63,857 nt of DNA, taken from NCBI RefSeq assembly GCF_963921235.1, contig NC_086106.1:22444144-22508000 (forward strand), given 5' to 3'. The stretch comes from Mobula hypostoma. Lineage: Eukaryota. Positions 26,850 to 38,925 of the stretch are shown here, in pieces. The first letter of the stretch is position 1, and each line of letters starts with the position of its first letter. The position numbers and the translations under genes are program-made. The notes beneath the pieces are model-generated. The model saw nothing but the letters and a program-made list of their open reading frames with translations. It had not been told where the DNA came from and searched no databases.

Positions 26850-27560
26850 GTAGTCAACCCGAGCACCACACTTGTATATCGGTTTTGTAAAGAAGCAAAA
26901 GGATTTTATCGTTTCGCTCACTTTCCTCAGTGTGTTCTTTGGAAGACATTTCGGACGTGATTTCCAACGAGGGCAGAATATGCCATTCAACCAATCGAAT
27001 GCGCTCTTCTTTGAAATATCAATCTTCTAATCAATGTACTGGAAAATTTGTTTTCCTCTGCTAGTCCCACATATTTTGTGGCTTGCATGCAATGACATTT
27101 CAGCTGCAATATATAGCTTCCGCTCAGTACTTTTGCTACTATACGGAATAAATATGTGCCTTGTCGGGAATAATATTGCATAACTACCATCATCCCCCAT
27201 TGCAGTGGAGTATAAAAAAATATAATATTGCTTCACAATTTCCATGTCACTCAGTTTTAAGTCTGTTCTCCCTTTCTTTAGATTGTTAGAAGTCGGGAAA
27301 TTATTTTTTTTATATATCGTTTGTGGCAAACAGATAATAGATTTTAGGTATTGTAAACAATCAGTTTTGACCACCGTCTGTAGATATGGTAATGTTTTGA
27401 ATACCTATGCAATGGCACTCCATTTAACTGACATTTTTTTTTTCTTCCTTGTAAACTGGTTATCTCACTCCAATCTTTTGATGAACGGAATTGTGTTAAT
27501 ACCAATGCAGGCATTTTATACATATGACATCATGGGCCAAATTTCCTCAGATTAGTTGAA
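26850..27560 (-). mobile_element. piggyBac-like transposase fossil
   Basis: ORF 27027-27374 has LKKGRT.., YSTAMGDDG (cf. YN..MGGVD) and RKLYIAAEMSLHASH (cf. KLFF..LEM-L-NA). Confidence 0.5.
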
Positions 27561-27869
27561 TCCAGAATTAACAGGTTTCATTTTACTTAACTGCAAAAGA
27601 TAAAAAAAAAACATTTTAACAACTTGCATTTGAAAAAGAAAGACTAAATCCAGATGAAACCGGGTAGACGGCCACAGATATGTGAGTCAGTATGTCCCAT
27701 CTGCCTCTTGATTAAAAGTTTCAAATTTGCAGGCTTACATTTCGCTTTAATCATTGAATGTCATCAGATCAATAAAACATACGTTGTCTGACTCAAATTA
27801 AAACGATAAAAAAGGAGAATAATAAATTAAATGAACACATGTGACACGAGACTCAATCTTTAAGGTTTA

Positions 27870-28520
27870 ATCAACACCAGAAATGCTGGAAGAACTCAAG
27901 GGGAGAACCAGCATGTTTGAAGAAAATTATGCATCCAAAGATCCTTTATCAGCACAAAAATGGAAGGGGAAAGAAGCCATAATAATAAGGACTGGTTTGA
28001 AGGACGAACGTTTCATTTGATGATTCCATGTGGGAGACGGTCAGGGTGGTGGCGGAAATGGGGCTTCGTAAGAAAGAATATCAGAAGGTTGGATGTGATA
28101 GGTATGGAAGGCCAAATATTGATGAAAGTTTTAGCTGAGAGAATGGCAGAACAAAGGGTAACCTGAAATATTTCGGGGAGCAATTTGTCAACTCTAGAGG
28201 ACGGTAGACTGAATAGACGAGAGACAATGGGGACATAGATGTATTCGTAAAAACGGGCGGGAAATCAGGACCCGGTGTAGTTATCAGTATAAAATCTGAT
28301 GATTATGCTGTTTCGAGCACGAACTGTGAGGTGCTACTCATCCTATTCACCTTTGGCATCAATGTTGTGATGGATAGTGCCATGGACAGCCGTGGATTCG
28401 ACATATCATTGTAAATAAATTCTGCCATTTCTAACTGATCCAGCACCAGGTATTCATTCCGCCCATTGGCCTCTCAGGTGTCTACAAGCATCCCTCGCCT
28501 GAAACTCTGTTGCCGGCACG
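27870..28520 (-). mobile_element. Penelope-like element fragments
   Basis: Starts with the family end motif accagaaatgctggaagaactca; remainder is decayed similarity to 37400-38900. Confidence 0.5.
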
Positions 28521-28979
28521 ATTTCTACTCCCCCTTAACATGTAGCTAATAATCCGTGCAGCAGAGCTATATCTGACACCTGATTGTAAATATCATCTCA
28601 TACCAGCATTTAGTACAACATCCAGTATATCGAGATGAAATTCATGTGAGATTGAATTGGTATAATTTATAGACAGTCGTTTCCTGCACTCCTATGTAGT
28701 ATCATCGGCGTGTCTGAATATTGACCTAGATTGGCCTCGACCTTCGTTACTCCACCTGCGGCAACCGACGTATTCTGGTAGCGAACAGATTTAACTGTTT
28801 TTTCGACCGACACAACAGTGTTTTAATTACCTTACACGTGCAACCTAGATGCATTTTTTGTAACAATACCAAATATTTCGAGCAGAAAACATCAGGCTCA
28901 AGATATTAATATTGATTTTCTTTGCTCGGGTAAACACTCCATTCCAGTTTCCTCCACTCCTCTCTACACTTATTGTTAT

Positions 28980-29295
28980 GACACGTGCCTTCTTTGCCTA
29001 AGAGTTCCTATTCACTATTTTCAACAGCCGTTCTCCCCTTTCCAGCATCCTTCCTTATATTGCATGAAACCTGTTATTGTCGATTAGATTTTTTTAATAG
29101 ATATTTTTTTCTGCTCTTTGTCGCCATCACCTTTATACTATCAGTATTTTATATGATTAAGTTCCTGTGCACTGTTGCCTTCCCGTATTGCTTGTATCCC
29201 ATTATCACCCGCCAGCTCCTGCTCCTCCCCACGCATTATTCCGGCATTTGACCCCTTTGTATCAGGATGAGAAGTCTCGGTCAGAAATATCTATT
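28980..29295 (+). mobile_element. Penelope-like element 3' end fragment
   Basis: Pyrimidine-rich stretch ending in tcaggatgagaagtctcggtcagaaa, like 51490 and 38800. Confidence 0.45.
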
Positions 29296-29424
29296 GCTCA
29301 CATTTTCTGCAATAAATGCTACTGAATTCGCTGTGGCTCCAGGTTTTGCGTGTGTTGAATGAAATATAACTAAGCAAAACAAAGTTACTGAAATAAACAT
29401 ATGTAAAAAGTTTGAGGCACAAAT

Positions 29425-29590
29425 CGGGCAGTGGGGTTATGGGGAGATGGAGACAGAGGCAGAAAGAGAGGGGCAGAAAGTGAGAGAAGAGAGAGAGAAG
29501 GAGAGGGAGATTGAGATATAGAGACAGAGAGAGAGAGAGAGAGAGAAAGGGGGGGGGGAGAGGAGGGTAGAGAGATAGATTCAGAGAGGC
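29425..29590. repeat. Purine-rich (GA)n / G-run low-complexity tract
   Basis: gagagagaga.. and ggggggggg runs, read directly. Confidence 0.85.
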
Positions 29591-29624
29591 AGTAATCAAG
29601 TGCACGCAATGACAAAAATTCCAG

Positions 29625-29652
29625 TAGCGTCAGCTGCGAGAGAACAGCCAAT
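29625..29652 (+). promoter_or_regulatory. Possible V-gene promoter elements (CRE-like TAGCGTCA and CCAAT box)
   Basis: TAGCGTCA at 29625-29632 and AGCCAATCAG around 29646-29655, about 135-160 bp upstream of the leader ATG. These are short motifs, so position is the only support. Confidence 0.35.
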
Positions 29653-29785
29653 CAGACACCTCGAAAACAATACTTTCTCTCTAGAACAACAAAGGAAACT
29701 GCCTCTGAAAATCAAACATGCTCTATGCGTTGGAAGCACAAACATCATGCATTTTTTCTTCTCCATCCGTTCTATCACGAAACCT

Positions 29786-30217
29786 ATGCTCAACTGTCTT
29801 TGGCCATTACTGATCAATATCTTGACTGCTCCCGGTGAGTGTCTGATTCAATGCTGGTTTTGAGTTTGATTCACTTACAGATTTATCAACGTCTTTGTCA
29901 TGTGTTGTAGGAACCGTTGCCGTTGATTTAATATCCCAGTCTCCGCCTGAGTTAATGGTTGGAGAACGACGAACTTTAATAATGACCTGCACCTACCCTG
30001 AAGCATATGATGGTTATACGGCATTCTGGTACATGGAATTTCCCGAAGAAGCGCCGAGATATATACTGAAGATATTCCCCAGCGGGTCCATAGACCGGTC
30101 AGCACAAACTTCGAATCGGTTTTCGGCTGTTTATCAGAGATCGAACAAGAAGTTACATTTAACCATCTCCGGCGCCCTTGTCTCTGACTCTGCCTTGTAT
30201 CTCTGCGCAATGACGAG
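29786..30217 (+). CDS. TRAV/TRDV: T-cell receptor V alpha/delta gene segment, apparently functional (leader exon 29786-29834, intron 29835-29910, V exon 29911-30217)
   Basis: Leader ATG..MLNCLWPLLINILTAP-G followed by GTGAGT donor; acceptor tgtgttgtAG at 29910; phase-1 splice gives an open V exon GTVAVDLISQSPPELMVGERRTLIMTCTYPEAYDGYTAFWYMEFPEEAPRYILKIFPSGSIDRSAQTSNRFSAVYQRSNKKLHLTISGALVSDSALYLCAMTS with the canonical Cys, Trp and DSALYLC motifs, directly followed by an RSS. Confidence 0.93.
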
Positions 30218-30256
30218 CACGGTGCAGCAGACAAGCAGTGGATCCGTACAAAAACT
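30218..30256 (+). other. 23-bp-spacer recombination signal sequence of the V segment
   Basis: Heptamer CACGGTG (30218-30224), 23-nt spacer, nonamer ACAAAAACT (30248-30256). Confidence 0.93.
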
Positions 30257-32599
30257 ACCACTCCAGCAGTTTGAGATAGTGGTCTCGAGGTGGCGTTTTC
30301 AGATGTGTGACCATGCGAACAAATTAAGAAACTAATGGCAATTCTCAGAAAATCTATTGCAGACATGCTCTCCAGTTAAAAAAAAAGACTCAAAACTGCT
30401 CCTTTATTTTTTTCCAGACTGTGCGTTAACCCTTCCAATTCAATTGGTTGCGACTCTGAAATTCAAAGTCATGCTTTTAACAATGATATCATACCTTCAA
30501 CCGCTGAGTCTCAGTCCAGATCATCTTCCTTTATGTTCACCAAAAACGGTCTTCTTGATTAAGCCGTTACAATCAGCAGATCAACATACGGAGATTTGAA
30601 TTTGAATCTCTAAGAGTCCCTACCTAACATTGTATCCTTATTTTCTCTCTTACCCGGGTATCTGGGCAAAGATGTATTTTGTAATAATTAGGCGCAATTT
30701 TCACATGCATCTGCTTGCACTTGAACTATTTCTGTTATATACCATGAGGTTGACACCATTTACGTGTCTTTGCCGGAGGAGCTAATTCTGCCCCATCTTA
30801 CAAACTCTTCCGTGATTGTTGTCTAACTCTGCAAGGGAATTTTGCTGCTCTGTACGGGTATGCGCAGCGAACTCTGCGGATCGATGCAAAGGAGTGTCAG
30901 ATAAAAATTGTAGCCGTATATTGTTAGTATACATACAGATTTGAAAATGGTGCTAAAACACGATCGTGTGTTGGTTGCCCGGGTGCTGCTTGAAAAACCT
31001 GTGATTGAGTTAGTTAGTTTTCCTGTAGAATTATTGCCTGGCATGTAGCATTTGACGCTGTTTGCGACAAGTTCAAACTGCTTCTGCGAGACCGAACCTG
31101 TTGCATACATACAGAAGTTTGATAGCAGAAACGAATGCAGTTTCTGAGAAAATCGAATGACTGTGGTTTTAGATCATACGTATGACCTTTTGTTTATATA
31201 AACTGCATTCGTTAGTAATCAATAATATTTTCGTTGAACTAGAAACGTCATAGAAAACGGACTGTGGAGCAAAATTTGCTGGTCGTAGATTTTGCTGTCC
31301 ACCTTCTCGTTGGCTTCCTCGCTAAGTAGTCTGCCGGTGATTTCTAATCAGGTACAATGCACTTTACTTGTACAATCCAATCTAATATGTTGTTCTACGT
31401 TTTGCACATCAACGTAATGCCTTTTTCTTCCTTAATCAGCACACGTTTCCCCATAGATGTTACTTATATGTATATCATATAGTCTCAACTTATTTGATTC
31501 AGCTTCACAGGGAATATCTTCTGCAGTCTCTGTATATGACTGGAGAATATATAGTCTCAGTGCCTGCTGCTCAGAAAGTAGTTTACAGTTTGGTGGCAAT
31601 ATACGCCAATTTCTTAGTTCAGACGTTACACGACTCCTGGAAATTGCCGCATAAAAATATCCTCAATATCGAGTATGACAAAAGGATATGGAAGTCAACA
31701 AGATGAGTCCTTTCATGCCTGTTGGTTACGTTGCCTAGCTCACCTGGAACCGGTTTAATACTGCAATGATTGGATTTAAACAGCCACGAGGATGATGACC
31801 GACAATTCCCATGGCATATCAAATGGAAGGCACTTGATCTCGGGATTTTCCAGATCGTATGAATTTGACTGCGACGTCACTACCAAGTTTGTGCACTAAA
31901 AGCAGTTGATCAGAAATCATAATCTTTCTCTTCTACCGTTGATGAACTCATCGGCCCAATATTGACGGTACGTGAAAAGCAGGAATACAACAAAATAAAC
32001 ATACGAAAAAAAAACGAAACAGTTCTCAATATCTCTCTAGTACAGGAAGCTTGCTATGAGGTATTCACAATTATTTACCAGAGAATGCACCTTTGCTATC
32101 AGGAAAAAATGCAATTGGGGGTAGGAAGCCTCTTTTCCTGAAGTAAACTTCCAAACCAGCGTGGCGTGCGCTCTTTCACTGCCTCAATGGGAAACCTCAC
32201 CAGCTACAAGAGTCCACTCAGGATTCCCCGAATTTGAATAAGGATAGGTTTTGATAGATGGCTGTAAAATGATGTTACTTACTGCACAGTCCATGACCGT
32301 AGATATGGATTTCAGATGCAGCAATCAAAAAAGAGAATGTTTACTTATTTCTATCGGATCTGCTCCCACAATTCGCTTTTTAATGGCGTATTTACTCAAA
32401 AGTATTGCTTCCTTAGGTTATTTTGTGTGATTATGATTGACTGTAATAAAATGTTAGACTACATTAAACTCATTCGAATTTGAAAAAAAAGTTAACTTTT
32501 AGTGAATATAATGCAGTTAATTGCACAACGGTGCAAACGCTTTATAATTAGTTCTAGTCGGTAAAAAATGTTTTGTCGATCTCTTACTAATGTACTCAC

Positions 32600-35500
32600 C
32601 CAGTGGAAAGCGGCCGGTGCTTGAGTGGGCCAGTGAATGAGTGGAGCTTTAAGTTTTTGTCTCGAGAGATTCTGGCAGTTTTGCAGTTGGTCTGTGCAAT
32701 CAAGTCAATCAAGATTTCAATAGATCAGCAGAAAGCCGTTGATTAGACAATCAAGATTTGAATAGCTCAGACTCAGCAGAAATGAGCTGATTGGGCAGTC
32801 GAGGTCAGGTGACCAAACATTTTGAAAAGCTCAAACAGCTAAATTAAGGGATAGCTCAAACGAAGCGGCCAGTGCGTGATTGGACAAGTGAAGGAGTGGA
32901 GCTTTGAGGCTTTGACTCCAGAGGCTTCGACGAGAAGAGGCGGAGGACAAGCTAGCTCGCAGTTAGTTTTTACAATGTCTCCTGAGACGGTAATGTGCCT
33001 CTTATGTGAAATGTGGCAGTCTTGGGGGAACTCCCCTCTCCCGCAGCGTCACATCTGCCAGAAATGCAAACGGCTGGGCGATCTGGAAGACCGTGTAAGG
33101 AATCTGGAGCAGCAGCTGGATGACCTTCGACTCATAAGGGAGAATGAGGCAGTCATAGATGAGAGCTACAGGGAGGTAGTCACACCTAGGCTGTCTGAAG
33201 CAGGTCGTTGGGTGACAGTCAGAGGGGGGAAAGCGAAGGTGAGCAGATAGGTCGTGCAGAGCAGCCCTGTAGCCATTCCCCTGAATAATAAGTTACCGTC
33301 CTGGATACTGTTGGCGGAGACGAGCAACCAGATGTGAGAGACGGTGGCAGAGTCTCCGGCACTGAGTCTGACCCTGTGGTGCAGAAGGGTGGGACGGAGA
33401 AAAGGAGAGCTGTCGTCATTGGAGACTCTATACTCGGGGGAGCAGACAGGAGATTTTGTGGACGTGAGAAGGACACCCGCATGGTTTGTTGCCTCCCGGG
33501 TGCCAGGGTCCGGGATGTCTTTGACCGGGTGCACGACATCCTGGGATGAGAGGGAAAGCAACCAGAAGTCCTGATACATGTTGGTACCAACGACATAGGC
33601 AGGAAGAGGGATGAGGTCCTGAAGTGTGAGTTTCGCGAACTAGGCAGCAGGCTGAAGAGCAGGACCTCAAGGGTGGCGTTCTCAGGATTGCTGCCAGAGT
33701 TACGTGACAGTGATGGTAATAATTGGAGGAGATGGCAGTTGAATGCGTGGCTGAGGAGTTGGTGTAGGGAGGAGAGTTTTAGATATTTAGATCATTGGGA
33801 TCTGTTCTGGGGAAGGTGGGACCTGTACACATTGGATGGGTTGCACCTGAACTCGAAGGGGAGCAATATCCTTGCAGGTAGGTTTGCAGGCTTGGTTCGG
33901 GAGGGTTTAAACTAATTTGCGAGGGGGATGGGACCCAGAGCGATAGAGCAGTGAAAGAAATTGCATGGAGTAAAGCCAGATAAAACATACAGAGCGGCTT
34001 TGAGGAACGAGAAACAGAATAAACGGTGTAAAGACAGTAAGGTACAAAGGCTGAAATGTGTGTTCCTCAATGCAAGACGCATCAGGAAAAAAAGGTGATG
34101 AACTGAGAGCTTGGATACATACATGGAATTATGATGTAGAAGCCATTACAGAGACTTGGCTGGCACCAGGGCAGGAATGGATTTTCCATCTGCCTGGATT
34201 TCAGTGCTTTAAAAGCGATAGAGAGAGCAGAAAAAGAGGAGGAGGGGTGGGATTACTGTTCAGGGATACTATTACAGCTATCGAAAGGGTGGGTAATGTA
34301 GCAGGATCCTCTTTTGAGTCAATATGAGTGGAAGTCAGGAACAGGAAGGGAGCAGTTACTCTATTGGGGGTATTCTATGGGCCCCCTGGTAGCAGCAGAG
34401 ATACAGAGGAGCAGATTGGGATGCAGATTTTTGAAAGGTGCAAAAATAACAGGGTTGTTATCATGAGTAACTTTAACTTCCCTAGCACTGATTGGCACCT
34501 GCTTAGTTCCAAGTGTTTAGATGGGGCAGTGTTTGTTAAGTGTGTCCAGGTCGGATTCCTGTCACGGTGTGTGAACATGCCGACCAGGGGGAATGCTATA
34601 CTGGATCTAGTCCCAGGAAATGAACCGGGTCAGGTCACAGATCTCTCAGTGGGTGAGCATCTGGGGGACAGTGACCATCTCTCCCTGGCCTTTAGCATTA
34701 CATCGGAAAAGGATAGAATCAGAGAGGACAGGAAAATGTTTAATTGGGGAAATCAAATTGTGAGGCTATAAGGCTAGAACTTGCGGGTGGAAAATGTACT
34801 ATAGACATGTGGTAGATGTTTAGAGATCTCTTGCGGGATGTTAGGGATAAATTTGTCCCGGTGAGGAAGATAAAGTATTATAGGGTGAAGGAACCATGGG
34901 TGACAAGTGAGGTGGAAAATCTAGTCAGGTGGAAGAAGGCAGCACACATGAGGTTTAGGAAGCAAGGATCAGATGGATCTATTGATGAATATAGGGAAGC
35001 AAGAAAGCTTAAGAAGGGGCTGAAAAGAGAAAGAAGGGGGCATGAGAAGGACTTGGCGAGTAGGGTAAAAGAAAACCCCAAGGCATTCTTCAATTATGTG
35101 AAGAAAAAAAGGATGACAGGAGTGAAGATAGGACCGATTAAGGATAAAGGTGGGAAGCTGTGCCTGGAGGCTATGGAAGTCAGCGAGGTCCTCAATGCAT
35201 GCTTCTCTTCGGTATTCACAAGTGAGAGGGAATTTGATGATGGTGAGGACAATATGATAAGTTGATATTCTGCAGCATGTTGATAGTAAGGGAGAGGAGG
35301 TGTTGGAGTTCTTAAAATACATTAGGACAGATAAGTTCCCGGGCCCTGATGGAATATTCCTCAGGCTGCTCCAGGAGGCGAGAGAAGAGATTGCTGAGCC
35401 TCTGGCAAGATCTTTATGTCGTCGTTGTCCATGGGAATGGTACCGGAGGAATGTAGGGAGCCGAATGTTGTCCCCTTGATCAAAAAAGGTAGTAGGGATA

Positions 35501-36867
35501 GTCCGGGTCTTTATAGACCAGTAAGCCTTACGTCTGTGGTGGGAAAGCGGTTGGAAAAGATTCTTAGAGATAGGATCTATAGGCATTTCGAGAATCATGG
35601 TCTGATCAGAGACAGTCAGCGTGGCTTTTTGAAGGGCATATCGTGTCTAACAAGCCTGGTAGAGTTATTTGAGGAGGTGACCAGGCATATAGATGAGGAT
35701 AGTGCAGTAGATGTGGTCTATATGGATTTTAGTAAGTTCCGCACGGTCGGCTTATTCAGAAAGTTAGTAGGCATGGGATCCTGGGAGGTTTGGCCAGGTG
35801 GATTCAGAATTGGCTTGCCTGCAGAAGGCAGAGTGTGGTGCTGGAGGGAGTACATTCAGATTGGAGGATTTTGACTAGTGGTGTCCCACAAGTATCTGTT
35901 CTGGGACCTCTACTTTTCGTGATTTTTATTAAGGACCTGGATGTGGGGGTAGAAGGGTGGGTTGGCAATTTTGTACACGACTCAAAGGTTGGTGGTGTTG
36001 CATATAGTGTAGACGATTGTCAAAAATTGCAGACAGACTTTGATAGGATGCAGGGATGGGCTGAGAAGTGGCAGATGGAGTTCAACCCAGAGAAGTGTGA
36101 GGTGGTACACTTTGGAAGGACAAACTCCAAGGCAGAGAACAAAGTAAATGGCAGGATACTTGGTAGTGTAGAGGAGCAGAGGGTTCTCGGGGTACATGTT
36201 CACAGATCCCTGAAAGTTGCCTCACAGGTGGATAGGGTTGTTAAGAAAGTTTATGGTGTGTTAGCTTTCATAAGTCGAGTGATAGAGTTTAAGATTCGCG
36301 ATGTAATGATGCAACTCTATAAAACTCTGGTTATGCCACACTTGGAGTACTGTGTCCAGTTGTGGTCACCTCACTATAGGCAGGATGTGGAAGCATTGGA
36401 AAGGGTACAGAGGAGCTTTACCAGGATGCTGCCTGGTTTAGAAAGTTTGCATTACGATCAGAGATTAAGGGAGCCAGGGCTTTACTCTTTGGAGAGAAGG
36501 AGGATGAGAGGAGACATGATAGAGGTGTACAAGATAAGAAGAGGAATAGATAGAGTGGATAGCCAGCGCCTGTTCCCCAGTGCACTACTGCTCAGTACAA
36601 GAGGACATGGCTTTAAGGTAAGGGGTGGGAAGTTCAAGGGGAATATTAGAGGAAGGTTTTTTACTCAGAGAGTGGTTGGTGCTTGGAATGCACTGCCTGA
36701 GTCAGTGGTGGAGGCAGATGCACTAGTGAAGTTTAAGAGACTACTAGACAGATATATGGAGGAATTTAAGTTGGGGGCTTATATGGGAGGCAGGGTTTGA
36801 GAGTCGGCACAGCATTGTGTGCCGAAGTGCCTGTACTGTGCTGTACTATTCTATGTTCTATGTTCTG
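32600..36867 (+). mobile_element. Near full-length CR1-clade LINE (5'UTR; ORF1 ~32975-33915 with zinc finger, coiled coil and SGNH esterase; ORF2 ~34050-36800 with APE and RT; (TTCTATG)n tail), multiply disabled
   Basis: ORF1: CLLCEMW..CQKCKRL..LEQQLDDLRLIRE and RRAVVIGDSILGGADRRFC..LPGAR. ORF2: [50 protein letters not shown]. Contains stops and frameshifts. Confidence 0.95.
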
Positions 36868-37364
36868 TACAGCTTCTCGGTTAATTGTTCGAATATAATC
36901 TGCCAGCATTGGTAGACTCAAATTGCCGTAGCAGCAGTTCTCCATGACCGTAATGTCTAGGTGAAACCTTTCACCATGTTGATCACTGACAGTGCCAAGA
37001 TTTGTAGAGCAGAATTCCAAATGGGAATGGAGAATATGAAATTTTCAGTGGAGAAAAAGCACGCACAAGAGAGTATAGCATGGATAAACAGAAGAAGTAC
37101 GGATACAGTGACGCATAGACAAAATGGTGGAGGATATCAGCAGCCCAGGTAGTATCTATGCAAAATAATATGGCGGACGTATTAGGCCGAGATCCTTTCG
37201 CAGTACAGAAGGAGAAAAAAATATATGAGGCGTAGGTTTAAAAGGTGAGGCGAGGATAGCAAGAAATACAACTTGGTAGGTTAAACCGGCAAGGGAAAAA
37301 TAAGTAAAGAGTTAGGTAGTTACTTGGTTAAAGAGATATAGGGCGGAAGAAGTAAGAATCAAAA

Positions 37365-38925
37365 AAAAAATGTGTATCCATGGACTCAGTCATGGGTCCT
37401 GGCGATGCCTTACTTTTTGTCGGCTATGCAGAACAGTCTACGCTCTAAGCATAAACTGGTGTCCGTTCCCCAATTTTCCTACGCAACATGGACGAGTGCA
37501 TTGTTGCTTCTTTCTGCAACAGTGCGGACCACGTCAACGTCATCAACTTTGCCTAGATATTCCAGCTTGCCCTCAAAGGTACCTGGTTGATTTCAGACAC
37601 AAACCTCCTGTTCTGGATCTCCCTGTCTTTGCCTTTGTAGACAACTTATCTAGAGATGTCTATTAGAATCTCGTCGACTCTCACAGCTACTTGGACTATA
37701 TATCTTCCATGCTGTTTGTTGTGAAAAACGTGATGTGTTTCTCTCAATTTCTCCGTATCCACGGCATCTACTCTCAGGTATTTCAACCTTTACGAAGGAG
37801 GTATCCTCCTATTTCAAAAAAAGTGGTTTCCCTTCATCTGACATCAAAGCTGCCTTCAACAGCATCTCTTCAGTTTCACGCAGATTTTCCTACCAAGGAT
37901 AGGATTCCCCTTGCTCGCACTTACTACATCACTATTCTCTGTGCTCAGCGCTTAATTTTCCGTAAACTCCGCTACTTGAAAATGGATCCCACCATTAACC
38001 ACATTGCCCTCTGTCCCCCAACCCCATTTCTGCTTTCCACAGGGATCGCTCCTAATCCGACACTCTTGTCCGTCCCTCCCTTCCCTCTGATCTCCCATCT
38101 GGCTCTTATTCTTCAAAGCGGAACAGGTACTACACATCCCACTATACATTCTCACTGACTACCATTCAGAGCCCCAAACTGTACTTTCAGGTAGCGCGAC
38201 ACTTCACCTGTGAATCTGTTATGCCATATACTGTGTTCGGTGCTCCCGGTGTGGCATCCTGTATATCACTGAGACCCAACATACACTGGGAGACTATTTG
38301 GCCGAGCACCTGGGTCAGTCCGTCAGAAGAAGCGGGATCTTCCAGTGGCTACTCATTATAATCACTCTTTCCCTTCCTATCCCGATTTGAATATACGTGG
38401 CCTCCTCTACTAACAGGATGAGGTGTCTCTCAGGTTGAGGAACACCACCTTATATTCCTTCTGTGTAGCTTCTAGACGGAGGAGATAAACATCATTTTTT
38501 TCGAACTTCCGTTAATGCCCCCACACATTCACAATTCCCCATCCCCTTTTCCATTCCTCACCTTACACACCTTATCGCCTTGCCTGTCCATTACCTTCCT
38601 CTGGTGAACTCTTCACTTTCCCTTGTTCCAAAGCCTTCCTACTAGATTCCCCCTTTCCATCACTGTATCTCTTCCACCAATCAAATTACGAGATGGTTTA
38701 CTTCCTCCTCCCTTGCCGATTACACCCATCAATTTATGTTTCTCCTACTCCTCATCCCACATTTTTATTCTACTCAACATTTATTTCGCAGCCCTGCTGA
38801 AGTGTCTCGACGCGAACCGTCGACTGTACCTTTTCCATAGATGTTGTCTGGCCGGCTTAGTTCGTCCAGAATTGTTTGTGTGTTGCTTGAATTTCCGGCA
38901 TCTTCAGATTGTCCCTTGTTGGTAA
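37365..38925 (+). mobile_element. Penelope-like element (RT and GIY-YIG endonuclease), decayed
   Basis: RT-like LFVGYAEQS near 37420; HFTCES, IYCVRCSRCGILYITETQ..LAEHL (GIY-YIG) at ~38200-38310. Confidence 0.8.

Noticed and set aside
29875-30366. 163-aa minus-strand ORF
   Set aside because: It is the antisense shadow of the TCR V exon.
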